From contig OZ244621.1 in assembly GCA_965218425.1 (NCBI GenBank), positions 4,224,001 to 4,288,000 on the forward strand: 64,000 nucleotides of DNA. The letters run 5' to 3'. This DNA is from an uncultured Candidatus Binatia bacterium (GTDB lineage Bacteria > Desulfobacterota > Binatia > UBA9968 > CAXXLF01). A program made the translations under genes and the position numbers. The notes beneath the pieces were generated by a model. The model was not told the origin of the DNA, made no database searches, and worked only from the letters and a program-made list of their open reading frames with translations. Of this stretch, positions 62,960 to 64,000 are shown one piece after another (positions within the stretch are counted from its first letter, which is position 1; each line of letters starts with the position of its first letter).

Positions 62960-63075
62960 CGGATAAAACCTTGCGCATTCTACTTTGATAGTTCTGCCCG
63001 AAATTACGCAATCGAAACCAAGGACAACTCAAGATTGCAAACAAAAAAGTTCATAACAGATAAAGGGTGACCTCG

Positions 63076-64000
63076 ATGGAACTATCCGACTTCAATCAGT
63101 GGTTAGCGGAAAAAAACCTGCAGGGTTTCTGGGCTAGGGAGCCGAGGGTTGGGGGCATGAAGCCCTATCTTTGGAAATGGGCTGATCTTAACCAGGCCCT
63201 GGAACTGGCCTCGGACCTTGTTCCTATGGATAAAACGGGAAGAAGAAACATTGGCTTGAGAAATCCTACTGTGACAGGTGGAGTAACGAACACAATCACG
63301 CTTGGGCTCCAAATCATCAAACCAGGCGAGTTTGCCCAGTGCCACCGCCACGTGGCCAGTGCAATCCGCTTTGTGGTTAAGGGCTCACCCAAAGCCTTCA
63401 CCGTTGTGGAGGGAGAACGGTTATACATGGAAGAGGGTGACTTGATCACCACGCCCAACTGGACCTGGCATGATCATTACAATGGCTCCGATGGATCAGT
63501 GATCTGGTTGGACGGGTTAGATGTCCGCCTTTTGGCCTACCTCAACGCACAGTTTAGCGAGTTGTTCTCTCAGGAACAGCAAGTCATTGAAAAGCCCGAT
63601 GGCTATTCCGCTAGGATGTTCGGATCTGCTCGGCCCAGTTGGCTAAAAAATCAACACCTGATTCCGCCATATCGCTACCCCTGGAAGGAGACTTATGCAA
63701 CTCTTTTAGCTCTGAAACAGAGCGACGGTGATCCATTTGATGGAGTCCGGCTAGAATATAAAAATCCCTTTGACGGTGGACCCACTACGCTCACCTTTTC
63801 TTGCGAGGTTCAGCTTCTCAGACCAAAGGAAAAAACTCGATCCCATCGGCATACAACTACCACTGTCTATTATGTCTTCAGTGGCAAGGGGGTAACCACC
63901 ATAGAGGGAGAGAATTTATCCTGGGCCAAGGGGGATATCCTGACCATACCCCCTTGGCAATGGCATGCTCACCAAAATCCGTCCAACGATGATGCCATCC
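63076..64000 (+). CDS. Gentisate 1,2-dioxygenase-like bicupin (3' end outside window)
   Basis: Manual translation: MELSDFNQWLAEKNLQGFW...PGEFAQCHRHVASAIRF...TWHDH...WLDGLD...SHRHT. Open to the window edge; paralogue of 59792-60808. Confidence 0.87.
   Translation, partial: MELSDFNQWLAEKNLQGFWAREPRVGGMKPYLWKWADLNQALELASDLVPMDKTGRRNIGLRNPTVTGGVTNTITLGLQIIKPGEFAQCHRHVASAIRFVVKGSPKAFTVVEGERLYMEEGDLITTPNWTWHDHYNGSDGSVIWLDGLDVRLLAYLNAQFSELFSQEQQVIEKPDGYSARMFGSARPSWLKNQHLIPPYRYPWKETYATLLALKQSDGDPFDGVRLEYKNPFDGGPTTLTFSCEVQLLRPKEKTRSHRHTTTTVYYVFSGKGVTTIEGENLSWAKGDILTIPPWQWHAHQNPSNDDAI

Overview
This is a 64-kb bacterial accessory region devoted to uptake and breakdown of aromatic or heteroaromatic compounds. 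The gene style resembles uncultured Binatota/Tectomicrobia-like deltaproteobacterial genomes, but that taxonomy is inference only. Enzymes: 5 Rieske oxygenase alpha subunits, 2 UbiD decarboxylases, 2 gentisate-dioxygenase-like cupins plus 3 other cupins, a LigB-type extradiol dioxygenase, 2 amidohydrolases, and LLM, SDR, epimerase, OCD-like and PEP-mutase/ICL enzymes. Transport: 9 paralogous ABC solute-binding proteins and 4 FbpB-like permeases with no ATPase, a TctABC set plus an extra TctC, and 2 signal-peptide-less TAXI-like proteins. I saw no transcription factor, Rieske reductase/ferredoxin or UbiX. There are six IS elements (2 IS3, 2 IS407-group IS3, 1 degenerate IS481-like, 1 IS630); four of them sit in or directly upstream of one destroyed ABC operon. 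The best candidate for an undescribed system is an overlapping pair of heme-oxygenase-like (TenA/PqqC/CADD) proteins, one with and one without diiron ligands, flanked by two gentisate-dioxygenase-like genes and preceded by a decayed third paralogue. Several repeated non-coding elements and orphan gene fragments are also visible. I recognised no rRNA, tRNA or CRISPR array.
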